64,000 nt of DNA from Vulcanimicrobiota bacterium (lineage in GTDB: Bacteria; Vulcanimicrobiota; Vulcanimicrobiia; Vulcanimicrobiales; Vulcanimicrobiaceae): positions 928,001-992,000 of the forward strand of contig CAVRQT010000003.1 of assembly GCA_963723515.1 (NCBI GenBank), in the 5' to 3' direction. Below the pieces are notes generated by a model. That model saw nothing but the letters and a program-made list of their open reading frames with translations. It ran no database searches and was not told where the DNA came from. The position numbers and the translations under genes are program-made. Of the stretch, positions 30,214 to 41,589 are shown in pieces (the stretch's first letter is position 1; every line of letters starts with the position of its first letter).

Positions 30214-32254
30214 TTACGATGACGCGAGCATCGCGCGCGATGTCGGCTGCTCCTGAAGCAACCCCGCTAGGCCGCGATGTTCAGCATCTTCAAGGGCCGG
30301 ATCGCGTTTCACGATCTCTTCCGCACACCGCTTTGCCCGGCGATAAATATCGATGTCGCGCACGAGATCGGCAACCTTGAAGTTGACCAAGCCGGATTGC
30401 GCGGTACCCGCAAATTGGCCCGGTCCGCGCTGGCGCAGATCTTCTTCTGCGATCTCAAAGCCATCGGAAGACTGCGTCAGAAAGCTGAGCCGTTCAACTT
30501 CACCGGCTTCGTCAGGCGCGATCAGCAGGCAATACGACTTCGCCGCGCCGCGTCCGACGCGGCCGCGAAGCTGATGAAGTTGCGCTAGACCGTACCGATG
30601 TGCATCCAGCACCACCATGACGGTCGCATTTTGAACGTCGACGCCGACTTCGACGACCGTCGTTGAAACGAGCACGTCGACGTCGCCACTTACAAAGCGG
30701 CCCATCACCTCATCTTTTTCGCGCGGCGTTAGGCGCCCATGGAGTAAACCGACACGCAACTCGGAGAACTCGTGCTTTTTCAGCCGCTCGTATTCCGCCG
30801 TGACGCTGGTCGTGCCGGTCTCCGACTCTTCAATCGCCGGGGCAACGACATACGCTTGCGCGCCGCGTTGCACGTTGAGCCGCACAAACTCATATGCCTT
30901 CGATAGCCGGCTACGGCGCAAAGTAAACGTTTCAATCGGCGTACGTCCTGGGGGAAGCTCATCGAGCACCGACAAGTCGAGATCGGCGTAGACCGACTGT
31001 GCCAGGGTGCGCGGAATCGGCGTCGCGGTCATGTGCAACGTGTGGGGCCATAGCCCTTTGGCGCGCAGCTTCGCTCGCTGCTCGACGCCGAAGCGGTGCT
31101 GCTCGTCGATAATGACAAGACCGAGTTGCGCAAAATCAACCCCTTCGGTTAAGAGCGCGTGCGTTCCAATGGCCAGCCGCGCTTCAGCACTCGCTAATTT
31201 GCGTTTCGCCTCCTCGCGCGCACGGCCGGTCTGACTGCCGAAGATCGCTTCTACGGTGATGCCCAACGGCAAAAGTAGCGGCGCCAGCTTTCCGGCATGT
31301 TGTGCCGCCAAGATTTCCGTGGGCGCCATCAGGGCGGATTGCACGCCGTTGCGCGCGGCCATCAAAATCGCGGCCGCAGCCACGAGCGTCTTACCACTCC
31401 CCACATCACCTTGCAGCAGCCGATTCATCGGGGCATCCCGCGCCCATGTCGCGCCAGATTTCCTCGATGGCGCGTCGTTGCGCGGCGGTCAGCGCGAACG
31501 GTAGATGGCTTTCAAACTCGGACAACAGATCGGCGGGTTGTTTGAGCGCGGGTGCGCGTTCGGCCGTTTCGCGCTCGACGCGCTTAATTTGCGCTGCTAA
31601 TGCGAGCGCCAGAAATTCGGTAAAGATAAACCGCTCGCGCGCGAAATTCGCGGCTTCCGGTGTTTGGGGGCCGTGAATGTCCTGGTACGCTTTGGCGGCC
31701 GGCGGAAAATGAAACGCGCGGGCGAGCTTCTTCGGCAACGGATCGTCCGATAGAGCCACGAGCCGCTCGACGTTGCGGCTGATGACTTGTCGGATTTTGC
31801 GCGAGGTCAATCTCTTGCTGGCTGGGTACACCGGCACAATTTCGCCGCGATAACGCTCATCATCGTCGAGCGTGCGGTGCAGAGCGACGTTCATCCCCGT
31901 GACGCCGCGCATTTTGCTAACGCGGCCCCGTACGAAGATGCGCTGACCCTTGCGAAGCGCGCCGATTAAGTAGGCGCGCCCAAACCACGTCGCGACGAAT
32001 CGACCGGTCTCATCTTCAATCTCGGCTTCTATGATCGGCAGGCGCGCGCGCCGCTCACGCACCCATACGATGGAACCGATCGCGTTTTCCTCGTCGTCGC
32101 CTCGCCCGAGCTGCGATGCCGGGGTCACGATGCGCAAGTCGTCATAGCGGAACGGAAAATGATTTATGAGATCGAGCGGTGAGCGCACCCCGAGCTCCTC
32201 AAATCGCGCGGACAATTCTTTGCCGATGCCCGCAAGATCTGTAAGCGAGTTCAC
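30214..32254 (-). CDS. recG: ATP-dependent DNA helicase RecG (frameshift near 31435)
   Basis: P.RY.D, RLLQGDVGSGKT, DEQHRFG, TATPIPR and QLRGRVGRG. Confidence 0.96.
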
Positions 32255-33205
32255 GCTACCGCCGGCGGCTGCAGCGCTTTAGTGAGCGCGTAGATCGTTC
32301 GGATCGTCGGAATTTTGACTTGAAAGTGGTCAGCCACTTCAATGACCGCGCCGACGATCGGCTCCAATTCCAGCGGGCGGCCTGCTTCCACATCCTGAAG
32401 CATCGACGTCTTCACATCGGCTAAACGCGCCGCCATGGCGATGCGCTCCTCGATGCTAATATCGAGATGAACTCCGCTCGCCGCAGCGGCGCGCATCGTC
32501 TCTTCCATCAAGCGCGCGATGAGCCGGCGCGTTGAGGAATCTTCCAGCATCGGGCGGATTGTTTGCCGCGTCAGTGCACTAACGGGATTCAGTGAGACGT
32601 TGCCCAGGAGCTTGCGCCAAACGGCCGGCCGCAAATCCGGCATTGGATTCGCGTCCATCTCCGCCGCGTTGAAGAGACTCACGACGTCGTTTAGCCGCAC
32701 CGTCGACTGCACGCCGGGCGGCACGCCGAAGAGAAATTCGCGATGTCCCGAACTGATGTAACACGCCGGGTGCGACGATTTCGCCGGATGTATGGATGAC
32801 GGTGCCGACAATTTGATCGCGTGGAATCGTCTTTTGAATGCGGCCGCCAGGATCGACGCTTTCAAACGAGCGATCTTCGAAATACCAAAACGGGATGCCG
32901 TTTTGGAGGGTGACGATCGTTGCGGCCCGCTTAAGCGCAGACGTCAATTGAGGAAGGACCTCAGGCACCTGATGCGCCTTCACAGCGAGCAGGACGATGT
33001 CAACGTCGCCGAGTTCGCGGAGATCGGCAACCGCAGGCGCATGCAGCGTGAAATCGCCGGCCGTGCTTTTTATCTTTAAGCCATCGCGCTGAATCGCACG
33101 CAGATGTTCGCCGCGGGCGACGACGCCGACCGAATTGCCGGCTCTCGCCAGCATCCCGGCAATGAAGCCGCCGATCGCGCCGGCGCCAACGACCGCTAGT
33201 TTCAA
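32251..33205 (-). CDS. panE: 2-dehydropantoate 2-reductase (frameshift near 32750)
   Basis: GAGAIG, LQNG, WRKL..N and TSMLQD...GRPLE. Confidence 0.9.
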
Positions 33206-33222
33206 ACTGGAGGCCCGCCCGT

Positions 33223-33243
33223 GCGCTTCGACGAGCTCAGCAT
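33223..33243. repeat. solo half-copy of the REP-like repeat
   Basis: GCTTCGACGAGCTCAGCAT, identical core to the copy near 61339. Confidence 0.7.
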
Positions 33244-33262
33244 TTGGCGGAATAAACAAAAA

Positions 33263-33334
33263 AGGCGACGCCCAGATTCGAACTGGGGAATGGAGCTTTT
33301 GCAGAGCTCTGCCTTACCACTTGGCTACGTCGCC
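33263..33334 (-). tRNA. tRNA-Cys(GCA), CCA not encoded
   Basis: GGCGACG acceptor stem, CTGCAAA loop, GTTCGAATC T-arm. Confidence 0.95.
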
Positions 33335-33337
33335 GCA

Positions 33338-33408
33338 AGCGGGTAGCGGGAATCGAACCCGCACATCAACCTTGGGAAGGTCGCAGGCTACCATTACATC
33401 ATACCCGC
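33338..33408 (-). tRNA. tRNA-Gly(CCC), CCA not encoded
   Basis: GCGGGTA/TACCCGC acceptor stem, TTCCCAA loop, GGTTCGATTCC. Confidence 0.93.
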
Positions 33409-33559
33409 GCCGTTGCGGCTCCGACCGTTCTGTGCACCCCGCCGGCACCCCTCGCCATCGTCCGCCTTCCTTTATATATGCGTAATCCGCCCGCTCTTGC
33501 ATGACCGCATCAATCTATTTTCGGCATTCGGTCAGTTGATTGCGGGGTAGATTACGCTC

Positions 33560-34597
33560 GTGGCCTTGCCGATTTCGCCGCCGTTTGCTCCGATGGAAGC
33601 GCGCCACGAGCGCGACCTCCCGAAACCCGGCGGCGTACTATACGAACCGAAATGGGACGGATTCCGTTGCATCGCGTTCAGAGACGGTAAGGAGATATTT
33701 TTACAATCGAAGGCGGGGCAGCCCTTAGCCCGATATTTCCCCGAAATCGCCGAAGCGCTGCAATCGCTCTCCGCAACGGCGTTCGTTCTGGATGGCGAAT
33801 TAGTCGTGCCGGTTGAAGACCGCCTCGACTTCGATCAGCTGCTGCAGCGCATTCATCCCGCTGCCTCACGAGTGGCGATGCTCGCACAAAAATTTCCCGC
33901 GACGTATTTGATCTTCGATCTCTTGGTAAACGAGCGACGCGGCGAAATGTGGAAGCTCCCGCTGCGTCAGCGGCGACCAACGCTCAATGCCTTTGCCGAG
34001 CGGTTTAGAGATCTAGAAGGCTTGCGTCTTTCGCCGGCGACCGAAGATCCGAGGATCGTTGAGCGCTGGCTGAAAGGCGTCGGGGGCGCACTGGACGGAA
34101 TCATCGCAAAGGATCTCGATGCGCCGTATGCGTCCGGGGAGCGAACTGCGGCTGTTAAAGTGAAGCGTATGCGCACGGCCGATTGCGTGATCGGCGGTTA
34201 CCGCGCTTCCAAAGACGGCAACGCCGTTGCTTCACTGTTGCTTGGTTTGTACGCTGCCGATGGGACGTTCGACTACGTCGGGTTCACTTCTGGTCTAAAC
34301 GCAACGGAGAAAAAGGCGCTGCTTACGCGGTTGCAAGCAATTCGCGGCGTCTCCGCTTTCACCGGGCGGTCGCCGGGCGGCCCGAGCCGTTGGAGCCGCG
34401 GTATGGAAAGCGAGTGGTTTCCCGTCGAACCGAAGCTTGTGCTTGAAGTTGAGTTCGACCACGTGAGCGGCGAGCGTTTTCGGCACGGAACTCGACCGCT
34501 ACGGTTTCGGCCAGATAAGGCGCCGCGTCAATGCACGATCGATCAACTGCAGCAGCCTCGCGGCCGTTCGCCTTTTACGCTCGCGGCCGCCGACTAG
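33560..34597 (+). CDS. ligC: ATP-dependent DNA ligase, LigC-like
   Basis: EPKWDGFR, LDGELV, FDLL, KVK..RTADCV.GG, RFRHG and RPDK.P.QC. Confidence 0.9.
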   Translation: MALPISPPFAPMEARHERDLPKPGGVLYEPKWDGFRCIAFRDGKEIFLQSKAGQPLARYFPEIAEALQSLSATAFVLDGELVVPVEDRLDFDQLLQRIHPAASRVAMLAQKFPATYLIFDLLVNERRGEMWKLPLRQRRPTLNAFAERFRDLEGLRLSPATEDPRIVERWLKGVGGALDGIIAKDLDAPYASGERTAAVKVKRMRTADCVIGGYRASKDGNAVASLLLGLYAADGTFDYVGFTSGLNATEKKALLTRLQAIRGVSAFTGRSPGGPSRWSRGMESEWFPVEPKLVLEVEFDHVSGERFRHGTRPLRFRPDKAPRQCTIDQLQQPRGRSPFTLAAAD

Positions 34598-35540
34598 GCT
34601 TCGGCTCGGTCACGAACTTCGAAAGATCGAAGCGACCCTTTTTTGCGACTAACGGCTCCCAAAGGTCGCCCAGCTTAGCGATCCGTTCCCGAATGTTGTC
34701 GATGCGAAAATCTTCGATCTCGCAGCCGGCTTCAATCTCTTTCCAGGTTACCGGAGCCGAAACGGTCGCCCGCGGTGTCGGACGAACGGAATAAACCGAC
34801 GCCAGCGTTCGTCCCCAAGCGTTTTGATTGTAATCGACAAGCACGCGTCCCGCGGGGCGCTTCTCCACACGGTATTCGGCGGTCGCAAGCGACGGATAAT
34901 TGGTTGCCACCGTTTGCGCGAATGCTTTTGCGAAACCCCAAACCGCTTTCTGGGTTGGGCCGCGCACGATCGGAACGTAGACGTGGATTCCCTTAGAGCC
35001 TGACGTCTTGGGATACGCGGGCATGCCGATTCCCTGTAGGCCGTCGCGAACGATCACTGACACCTCGCGAACCGCCGAGAACGGCGCGCTGCCGGGATCT
35101 AAATCGAAATGCAGATAATCCGGGCGATCGACATCATCGCAGCGCGCATACCACTGATTGAGGTCGATGCAACCTAAGTTGATTACCCAGAGCAGTGCGG
35201 CGACGTCGTTGATCATTGGAAAGGCAATGACGTTCCCGGAACCGTGTGTGATGCTGCAGGTTTGCAGCCACTCCGGTTGCGGCTGCGGCGTGCGCTTCAT
35301 AAAGAAAAAATCGCCGCCGATGCCGTGCGGATAGCGCTTCATGACCATCGCGCGGTCCTTGATGTGCGGCAGCAAAACGTCCGAAACATCGGCATAATAT
35401 TGGAGCAAGTCGCCTTTGCTGACGCCCAAAGCAGGCCAAAAGATCTTCTGTAGGTTCGTCAGGCGAACGGCGCGCGTGCCGATGCGCACCGTCGCGTCGC
35501 TCTCGTCCAGCGGTAATGCCAGGCTTCGTTTGCGGCTCAC
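34575..35540 (-). CDS. stand-alone LigD polymerase (Prim-Pol) domain
   Basis: LTNLQK..WP, RYP.G....FF.K, FDLDP, KTSGSKGIH, VDYNQN and YSVR. Confidence 0.92.
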   Translation of the reverse strand: MSRKRSLALPLDESDATVRIGTRAVRLTNLQKIFWPALGVSKGDLLQYYADVSDVLLPHIKDRAMVMKRYPHGIGGDFFFMKRTPQPQPEWLQTCSITHGSGNVIAFPMINDVAALLWVINLGCIDLNQWYARCDDVDRPDYLHFDLDPGSAPFSAVREVSVIVRDGLQGIGMPAYPKTSGSKGIHVYVPIVRGPTQKAVWGFAKAFAQTVATNYPSLATAEYRVEKRPAGRVLVDYNQNAWGRTLASVYSVRPTPRATVSAPVTWKEIEAGCEIEDFRIDNIRERIAKLGDLWEPLVAKKGRFDLSKFVTEPKPSRRPRA

Positions 35541-35555
35541 GCGAATCGATGCGCC

Positions 35556-36362
35556 GTGATGCAGTGGGTGTATAGCACTTCAACACCGCTCTTCACTTTG
35601 CTTATGGTCGCGATCATGGTCGTCGTTTCATGCGGCGCGCACCTGATCGTCCGACGCTTCGCCCCCCATGAAGTCCTCAAACGCCACAACGATGTCGCCG
35701 GGTTCGTTTCATCACTCGTCGGCGTCATCTATGCGGTCCTTCTCGCATTCGTCGTCATTGTCGTTTGGCAAGAATGGGATACCTCGACAAATATCGCGCA
35801 GCAGGAGGCCAGCGCCGTTGGCGACCTCTACCACCTTGCCTACGGTTTTCCGCCGCCACTTCAGATCAGGCTGCAGCACCACTTAGCCAACTACATTAAT
35901 CTCATGATTAACGACGAGTGGCCGTTAATGCAATTTGGACATCAAAGTGCGAAGGCGGATCGCACCGGCCACTTGATTCTTCACGACATCATGGACCTCA
36001 AGCCGAAGAACGATGCCGAGAGCGGAATCCAATCCGCCGCCCTGCAGATGGTTCAGAACTTCTTCGATGCACGACGGCAACGACTCAACGAAAACGCGAC
36101 CAGCGTCCCGGGCATTCTTTGGTTTACGCTGATCATCGGGGCGATCTTCACGATCGGCTTTACGTTCTTCTTCGGCGTCGAGAACGCGAGAATTCAGCTC
36201 ACGATGACTGCGATCGTGGCGGCCATGATTGCAATGATGTTTGTCCTGATCCTTGAATTGGATCTTCCGTTTCGCGGCGCAACGCGCATTGGGCCTGAGG
36301 TCTGGCTCGAGCTGCAGCACAACATGGGAACCGGGTCAACTGAGAATGTTTATCGCACGTGA
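35556..36362 (+). CDS. DUF4239-like membrane protein
   Basis: YAVLLAFVV..VW, EASA, ARRQRL and LD.PF.G. Confidence 0.75.
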   Translation: MMQWVYSTSTPLFTLLMVAIMVVVSCGAHLIVRRFAPHEVLKRHNDVAGFVSSLVGVIYAVLLAFVVIVVWQEWDTSTNIAQQEASAVGDLYHLAYGFPPPLQIRLQHHLANYINLMINDEWPLMQFGHQSAKADRTGHLILHDIMDLKPKNDAESGIQSAALQMVQNFFDARRQRLNENATSVPGILWFTLIIGAIFTIGFTFFFGVENARIQLTMTAIVAAMIAMMFVLILELDLPFRGATRIGPEVWLELQHNMGTGSTENVYRT

Positions 36363-37011
36363 AATGATGATTGCGATTGTCACGAGCGACACGAGTGCTT
36401 CAGCCAGCATGAGCATCTTCGCGAGTCGCGTGAGCGGAAGCGTATCGGCTGCGCTTAGCGCCGTCGCAGTGGAGAACGCCAAGAAGAGATAATCTCCAAA
36501 GAGCGGTTTCCAGGTCGGCTCTGTAGACGCGCAATTCCGTCGACATTTGCGGGAAGAAAAAATCAGGTTGTTCGAATGTCGCTGCGGATTCAGCATGCGC
36601 GCGTTGCTCCGGTCCGCCGGCATCCGCTTCCCAATACCACATCGCAAAGACAAGAATGTTGGTCAGCCAGATTTGTATCCCACCGACGAGCAGATGTTGT
36701 CCTGTCGCGGGCGGCACGTGCGCCGGACGATTGAGGAGCGAGCTGACGAGCAACGCCAATGACGCGATGTTGAACAAATTGACGATCGCGATCAAGATGA
36801 TCGACAACAAGCGCTGAGCCGTTGTTTCGTGGCGACGCATCGGCGCGAAGATTGAAAGCGGAACCAGCAGACTTAAGACGAGCAGCGGAAAGAGCCACAG
36901 CGGGCCAAACGTGACCTTCGACGGCAGAGTAATGTAGAGAATCAGCGCCGCGATTACAGCGAGTGAGGCGTGCCAACGCGGCTCATCGTTCGCGACGGAG
37001 CGATCGGCCAT
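36336..37011 (-). CDS. DUF1345-like membrane protein (frameshift near 36530)
   Basis: IWLTN...F..WYWE, PDF.FPQ, then DYLFLAFSTATA.S..DT.PL...AK.LM. Confidence 0.75.
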
Positions 37012-37246
37012 TGGTTCCCAGTTCGCATCAAGGTCAGGCGATGCTTGCAACGAGAGGGTCGCCTGCCAGGCTATCGGAAGTATTCTAACGCTCGAGGAGG
37101 GGTCTTCATTGACGACAGTTCGTGAGACGGCGCTATTTGCCGCCGCACGTTTGCCATTCTCATCGCCATTAACTCCGCGATGACAAGAGGTGCGTTGCTT
37201 TGAACGAGCTGCTCGATTGCTGCGTGTTGCCGGCTCGATAACAATT

Positions 37247-38454
37247 ATGCGCGCAATCTCCATTGGTTTGTGCGGCCTGATGATAGGATGCGCTGCACAC
37301 GCCCGCATCGCTGACCAGCCGACTGCCGAACCTGTCAAGACGGTTATCGCGCAGTACGGTGAGCTTTCACCAACGATCACGATTGCCGGCATCATCGCGC
37401 CGTTGCAAAATGTCGGTATCTCCAGTTCGCTCCAAGAGCCGGCAGCCAACGTGTACGTTCATGAGGGACAGTATGTCAGCGCCGGCAGCGTGCTCGCAGA
37501 ACTCGATGTCTCCGATCTGCAGGCAAACCTCGCCTCCGCTGAGCGCAGCACCGCCGAAGCCAATGCGAAAGTCTCACAAAGCAACTATCAAAGCACGCTT
37601 GCGCTTTCTCAAGGCACGAGTGATTTTGTGAATGCGCGGGCGCAGCTGCAACAAGCGCGCCAACATCTGCAATACGACGAGCTCACGCTTATTCGAAATC
37701 AATCGCTGCTTAAGCAAGGATACGTACCGCAGCAGACGGTCGATCAGATGCAGACGCAGGTTCTGACCGATGAGTCACAAGTGCGCGCTGCAGAGGCGGC
37801 TTTACGGAATGCGGCCGTGAACGTGAAGGTCAACGGTACGCCTGAGCAGGGGTTGCAGGCCAGCAATGTTGAGGCATCGCGCGCGGCCGCTGCATCCGCT
37901 CAAGCGCAAGCTCAGCAGCTGCAAGTGCAAATTGCCAAAGGAACGATCGTCTCTCCGATCGACGGCGTCATCATCAATCGCAACCTGAATCCGGGCGAGT
38001 ACCCAGGTTCGCGTCAAATCTTCACGATCCAACAAACCGACACGGTTTATGCGATGTTAAATGCGTCGAGCGATGAAGTCTTTCGGATCCAGCCCCATCG
38101 TCGCGCGCTCGTCCACATCGGCAGCCTCGGAAACGTGACGACGACCGGTGTCGTAGAAGCGGTGCTTGGCCAGGCTCAGCCGGGTTCGACGAATTTTGTC
38201 GTCAAGGTCCGCATCCCCAACCCGCAACACCGGTTGCAATCCGGCATGGTGGTCTCCGCGGACGTACCCTTACCTGCGGTCACCGGCATCATCGTACCGA
38301 TCACCGCCTTCACCGATGATTCGCATACGCGGTGCGAACGACCGATGCAGACGGCACGGTTAAACAAGTCGACGTGCGCGCGATCGCCGACGATGGACAT
38401 CGTGCGGTCGTCAGCGGGGTGCGAGCCGGTACGCGCGTCGTCATCGGCACTTGA
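37247..38454 (+). CDS. RND efflux periplasmic adaptor (frameshift near 38335)
   Basis: Lipobox-like LMIGC, V.V.EG..V.AG, coiled hairpin, I.SPIDG and L.SGM. Confidence 0.88.
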
Positions 38455-41400
38455 GCAAGCTCACCGCTCTCTTCGTTCATCGGCCGACGCTCGCGGTTGT
38501 TTTGATCGCGCTCGCCGTGCTCGCGGCGGTCACAGCGTATCCCGGTTTGGTGCAGCAGCAGTTCCCGAACGTCAATCTGCCGGTCATTCAAGTCTTCGCC
38601 AGTTTGCCGGGCGCGACGCCCGATGACATCCGCGATACTGTTGCGCGCCCGATTGAAGATCAACTCGCAGGCGCGCCGGATCTCGACCACCTGCAAACGA
38701 CGATCCAGCAGGGCCGCGCAACAGTCGCGGCCTTTTTCTCGCTCGCTTCGAGCACGACGCAAGATCAAGTCGAGGTGCAACGGCGTGTTCAAGCGGCGCA
38801 ATCGGAGTTGCCGACCACACTCAAAACGCCTACGATCGCGACGTACGATCCGAGCCAAGGAACCGTCGTCGAGCTGACGGCATCGTCGAGCTCGCTCGAC
38901 CTCTACCAACTTTCAAATATCGTTGACAACTCGATCGTCTTGCAGCTCGCACAACTCTCGGGCGTCTCGCAGGTCCAAACCAGCGGCGACGTGACACCGG
39001 CGATCGAAGTCGCGGTCGATCCGCTTCGTCTGAGCGCCTCGGGCGCCGCAATGACCGACGTGCTCAATGCCGTTTCCTCGAACAACGTTCGTGCGCCGGG
39101 CGGCATCGCGACCTCGCACGGGCGCGAGACGAGCCTCGATGTCCGCGGGGACATCCAGTCGCCCTCATCAGTCGGGAATCTCTCACTCGGGCAAATAACA
39201 GGCTCGACGCAAGGCCTCAATCCATGGACGTACTCCCCGCGCGCAGTGCAAGTGCGTGATGTTGCTAATCTTTCCTACGGATACGAAACGCAGCGTGTCT
39301 TCGCATATCGTAACGGTGTCCCATCGATCGTCCTGGATGTCCAAAAGCAGAGTTCTTCGAGCGAAGTCAATGTCTCCGATGCAGCTCTTGCCGCGCTGCC
39401 AGATCTCCGGCGCCAATACCCCGACATCACACTGGACGTCGTAAACGTTCAATCAAACTACACGAAGGAGCAAATCCATTCCGTCTGGCGATCGCTCATC
39501 GAGGCAATCGCGTTGACCGCGATCGTCATGCTCTTCTTCTTGCGTTCTTGGCGCAACGCGGTCGTCGTCTGTGTTGCCATCCCCACATCGCTCTGCATCG
39601 CAATCGTCGCAATTCGGCTTTTTGGATTCACGCTCGATACCGTTTCGCTTGCCGCGATGACGCTCGTGATCGGCATTCTCGTCGACGACTCGACCGTTGT
39701 CCTCGAGAACATCGAGCGGCATCACCAGCGCGGCGAGGATGCGCAAAATGCGGCGATTAACGGGCGAGGCGAAATCGCGCTTGCGGCGCTGACGTTGACG
39801 CTCGTCGACGTCGTCGTCTTTTTGCCCCTGGCATTTTTGCCGGGAACCGTCGGCCGTTTCCTCAAGGAATTCGGTATCGTCGTTGCGGTCGCGACGCTCG
39901 CATCGCTCGCCGTTTCATTTACGATCACCCCCACGTTTGCGGGACGGTGGGCGCTCTTCTCACATTGGCGTCCGTGGAAACCGGTCGAGGTCTTCACCGC
40001 CTGGTTCGCGAGCCTTCGCAACTGGTACGTCACACATGCGCTGCCGTGGGGATTGCGCCATCCGAAAGCCGTCATCACGATCAGCGCCGTAAGCCTTATC
40101 GTCGCGCTTTCGCTTGTGCCGCTTGGGCTTGTAGGATTCGAATTCATCCCCGCGGTGGACCGCGGCGAGGTGACGGTGCAAGTCCGCTATCCGGTCGGCA
40201 CGTCGATCCAAACAACGCAACGCGGCATCTTAGCGCTCGAGCATGAGATCGTGCAGATGCCGCAAGTGCAATCTGAAACCGCTCTCGCGGGCAGTTATCA
40301 GGCCGAATTCGGCGGCTTCGTCGCGCAGGGGTTCATCGGTCAAGTTCACGTTTACGTGAAGGTTGACAAGCATCAGTCGAGCGCCGGTTGGATCGCCGAC
40401 ATTTTGCCGCGTGCCCAAAAGCTGTTGCCGACCGCGCAGATCCTCGCCATCCCCGCAACCAGCACGACGGGCGGCACGCAGCAGCCGATCAACTACGTTG
40501 TCAATGCGCCGGCCGGCATGCTCGATACATATGGACCGAAGATCTACGATGCGCTTATTAGCACGCCGGGAGCGCAAAATCCATCGTTTTCCTCCTTGGA
40601 GCCGATGCCGAACGTTGATGTGACGTTCGATCGCGACCGAGCCCGCGCGCTCGGCATCCCGATCGGAACTGCGGCCAGCGCCGTGCAAACGGCGTTCGGC
40701 GGCACGATCGCGACGCAATATACGACGCCCTATGGGGCGCAAGATGTGCAAGTTATCTATCCGCTCACGGAGCGCTCCTCGCTGCGTCTGCTCGAGCAGA
40801 TCCCGCTTCGCTCGAGCGGAGGCAGCATCGTGCATGCCGGTGACGTTGCGCGCTTTCATTCACGTCCCGCCGATCCGTTGATCACTCGGATCAACCGCAA
40901 AGATATCGCTTTTGTCAGCGCCAACGTCGCGCCGGGCTACATCCAATCAAAAGTGGATAGCGACTTCAAGCGGCGGCTCGGCGAAATGAATTTGCCGGGC
41001 GGCGTCTTTCTTTCGCCGGTTCCAAACGGCAGTCAAGCGAATTTGAACGATACCGTCCGCGGAATTGGAGCGTCGCTCATCCTCTCGATCGTACTCGTGT
41101 TCTTACTGATGACGTCACTTTACAACAGCTTTCGGCTGCCGTTCATCATCATGTTCTCGATTCCGGTCGCGACGTTTGGCGCGTTAGGGTCGCTCGCGAT
41201 CACGCACTTAACGCTCAATCTCTTTTCGATGATCGGCACGCTCTTGCTCGTCGGCCTCGTCACGAAGAACGGCATCCTGCTCGTTGACTACGCAAACCAT
41301 TTGCGCGAGCTCGGGCACAGCCGGCTTCAGGCGATAACAGAGAGTGCTGCGACACGTTTTCGCCCGATCATCATGACGACGTTTGCCATGGTCGCGGGCA

Positions 41401-41588
41401 TGGCGCCGATCGCGCTCGCCATCGAACCGGGTTCGGAAGTTCGTCAGGCGCTTGGCGTCGTCGTGATCGGCGGACTCTTGAGTTCGCTTGCGCTGACGCT
41501 CGTGCTCGTTCCGGTCGTCTATCTGTTGCTCGCGCCCAAAGTGCTCGAACCGCAACCATCCGGAGCGCGCGCCGAAGCCACGGCGTAA
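38451..41588 (+). CDS. RND efflux permease
   Basis: GILVDDSTVVLENI, KNGILLVD and RFRPIIMTT; 1045 aa. Confidence 0.95.
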   Translation: MSKLTALFVHRPTLAVVLIALAVLAAVTAYPGLVQQQFPNVNLPVIQVFASLPGATPDDIRDTVARPIEDQLAGAPDLDHLQTTIQQGRATVAAFFSLASSTTQDQVEVQRRVQAAQSELPTTLKTPTIATYDPSQGTVVELTASSSSLDLYQLSNIVDNSIVLQLAQLSGVSQVQTSGDVTPAIEVAVDPLRLSASGAAMTDVLNAVSSNNVRAPGGIATSHGRETSLDVRGDIQSPSSVGNLSLGQITGSTQGLNPWTYSPRAVQVRDVANLSYGYETQRVFAYRNGVPSIVLDVQKQSSSSEVNVSDAALAALPDLRRQYPDITLDVVNVQSNYTKEQIHSVWRSLIEAIALTAIVMLFFLRSWRNAVVVCVAIPTSLCIAIVAIRLFGFTLDTVSLAAMTLVIGILVDDSTVVLENIERHHQRGEDAQNAAINGRGEIALAALTLTLVDVVVFLPLAFLPGTVGRFLKEFGIVVAVATLASLAVSFTITPTFAGRWALFSHWRPWKPVEVFTAWFASLRNWYVTHALPWGLRHPKAVITISAVSLIVALSLVPLGLVGFEFIPAVDRGEVTVQVRYPVGTSIQTTQRGILALEHEIVQMPQVQSETALAGSYQAEFGGFVAQGFIGQVHVYVKVDKHQSSAGWIADILPRAQKLLPTAQILAIPATSTTGGTQQPINYVVNAPAGMLDTYGPKIYDALISTPGAQNPSFSSLEPMPNVDVTFDRDRARALGIPIGTAASAVQTAFGGTIATQYTTPYGAQDVQVIYPLTERSSLRLLEQIPLRSSGGSIVHAGDVARFHSRPADPLITRINRKDIAFVSANVAPGYIQSKVDSDFKRRLGEMNLPGGVFLSPVPNGSQANLNDTVRGIGASLILSIVLVFLLMTSLYNSFRLPFIIMFSIPVATFGALGSLAITHLTLNLFSMIGTLLLVGLVTKNGILLVDYANHLRELGHSRLQAITESAATRFRPIIMTTFAMVAGMAPIALAIEPGSEVRQALGVVVIGGLLSSLALTLVLVPVVYLLLAPKVLEPQPSGARAEATA

Positions 41589-41589
41589 T

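Noticed and set aside
27507..32254. Programmed frameshifting or pseudogenisation of M16 and recG
   Set aside because: No slippery-site pattern; indels are spread across unrelated genes, consistent with sequencing error
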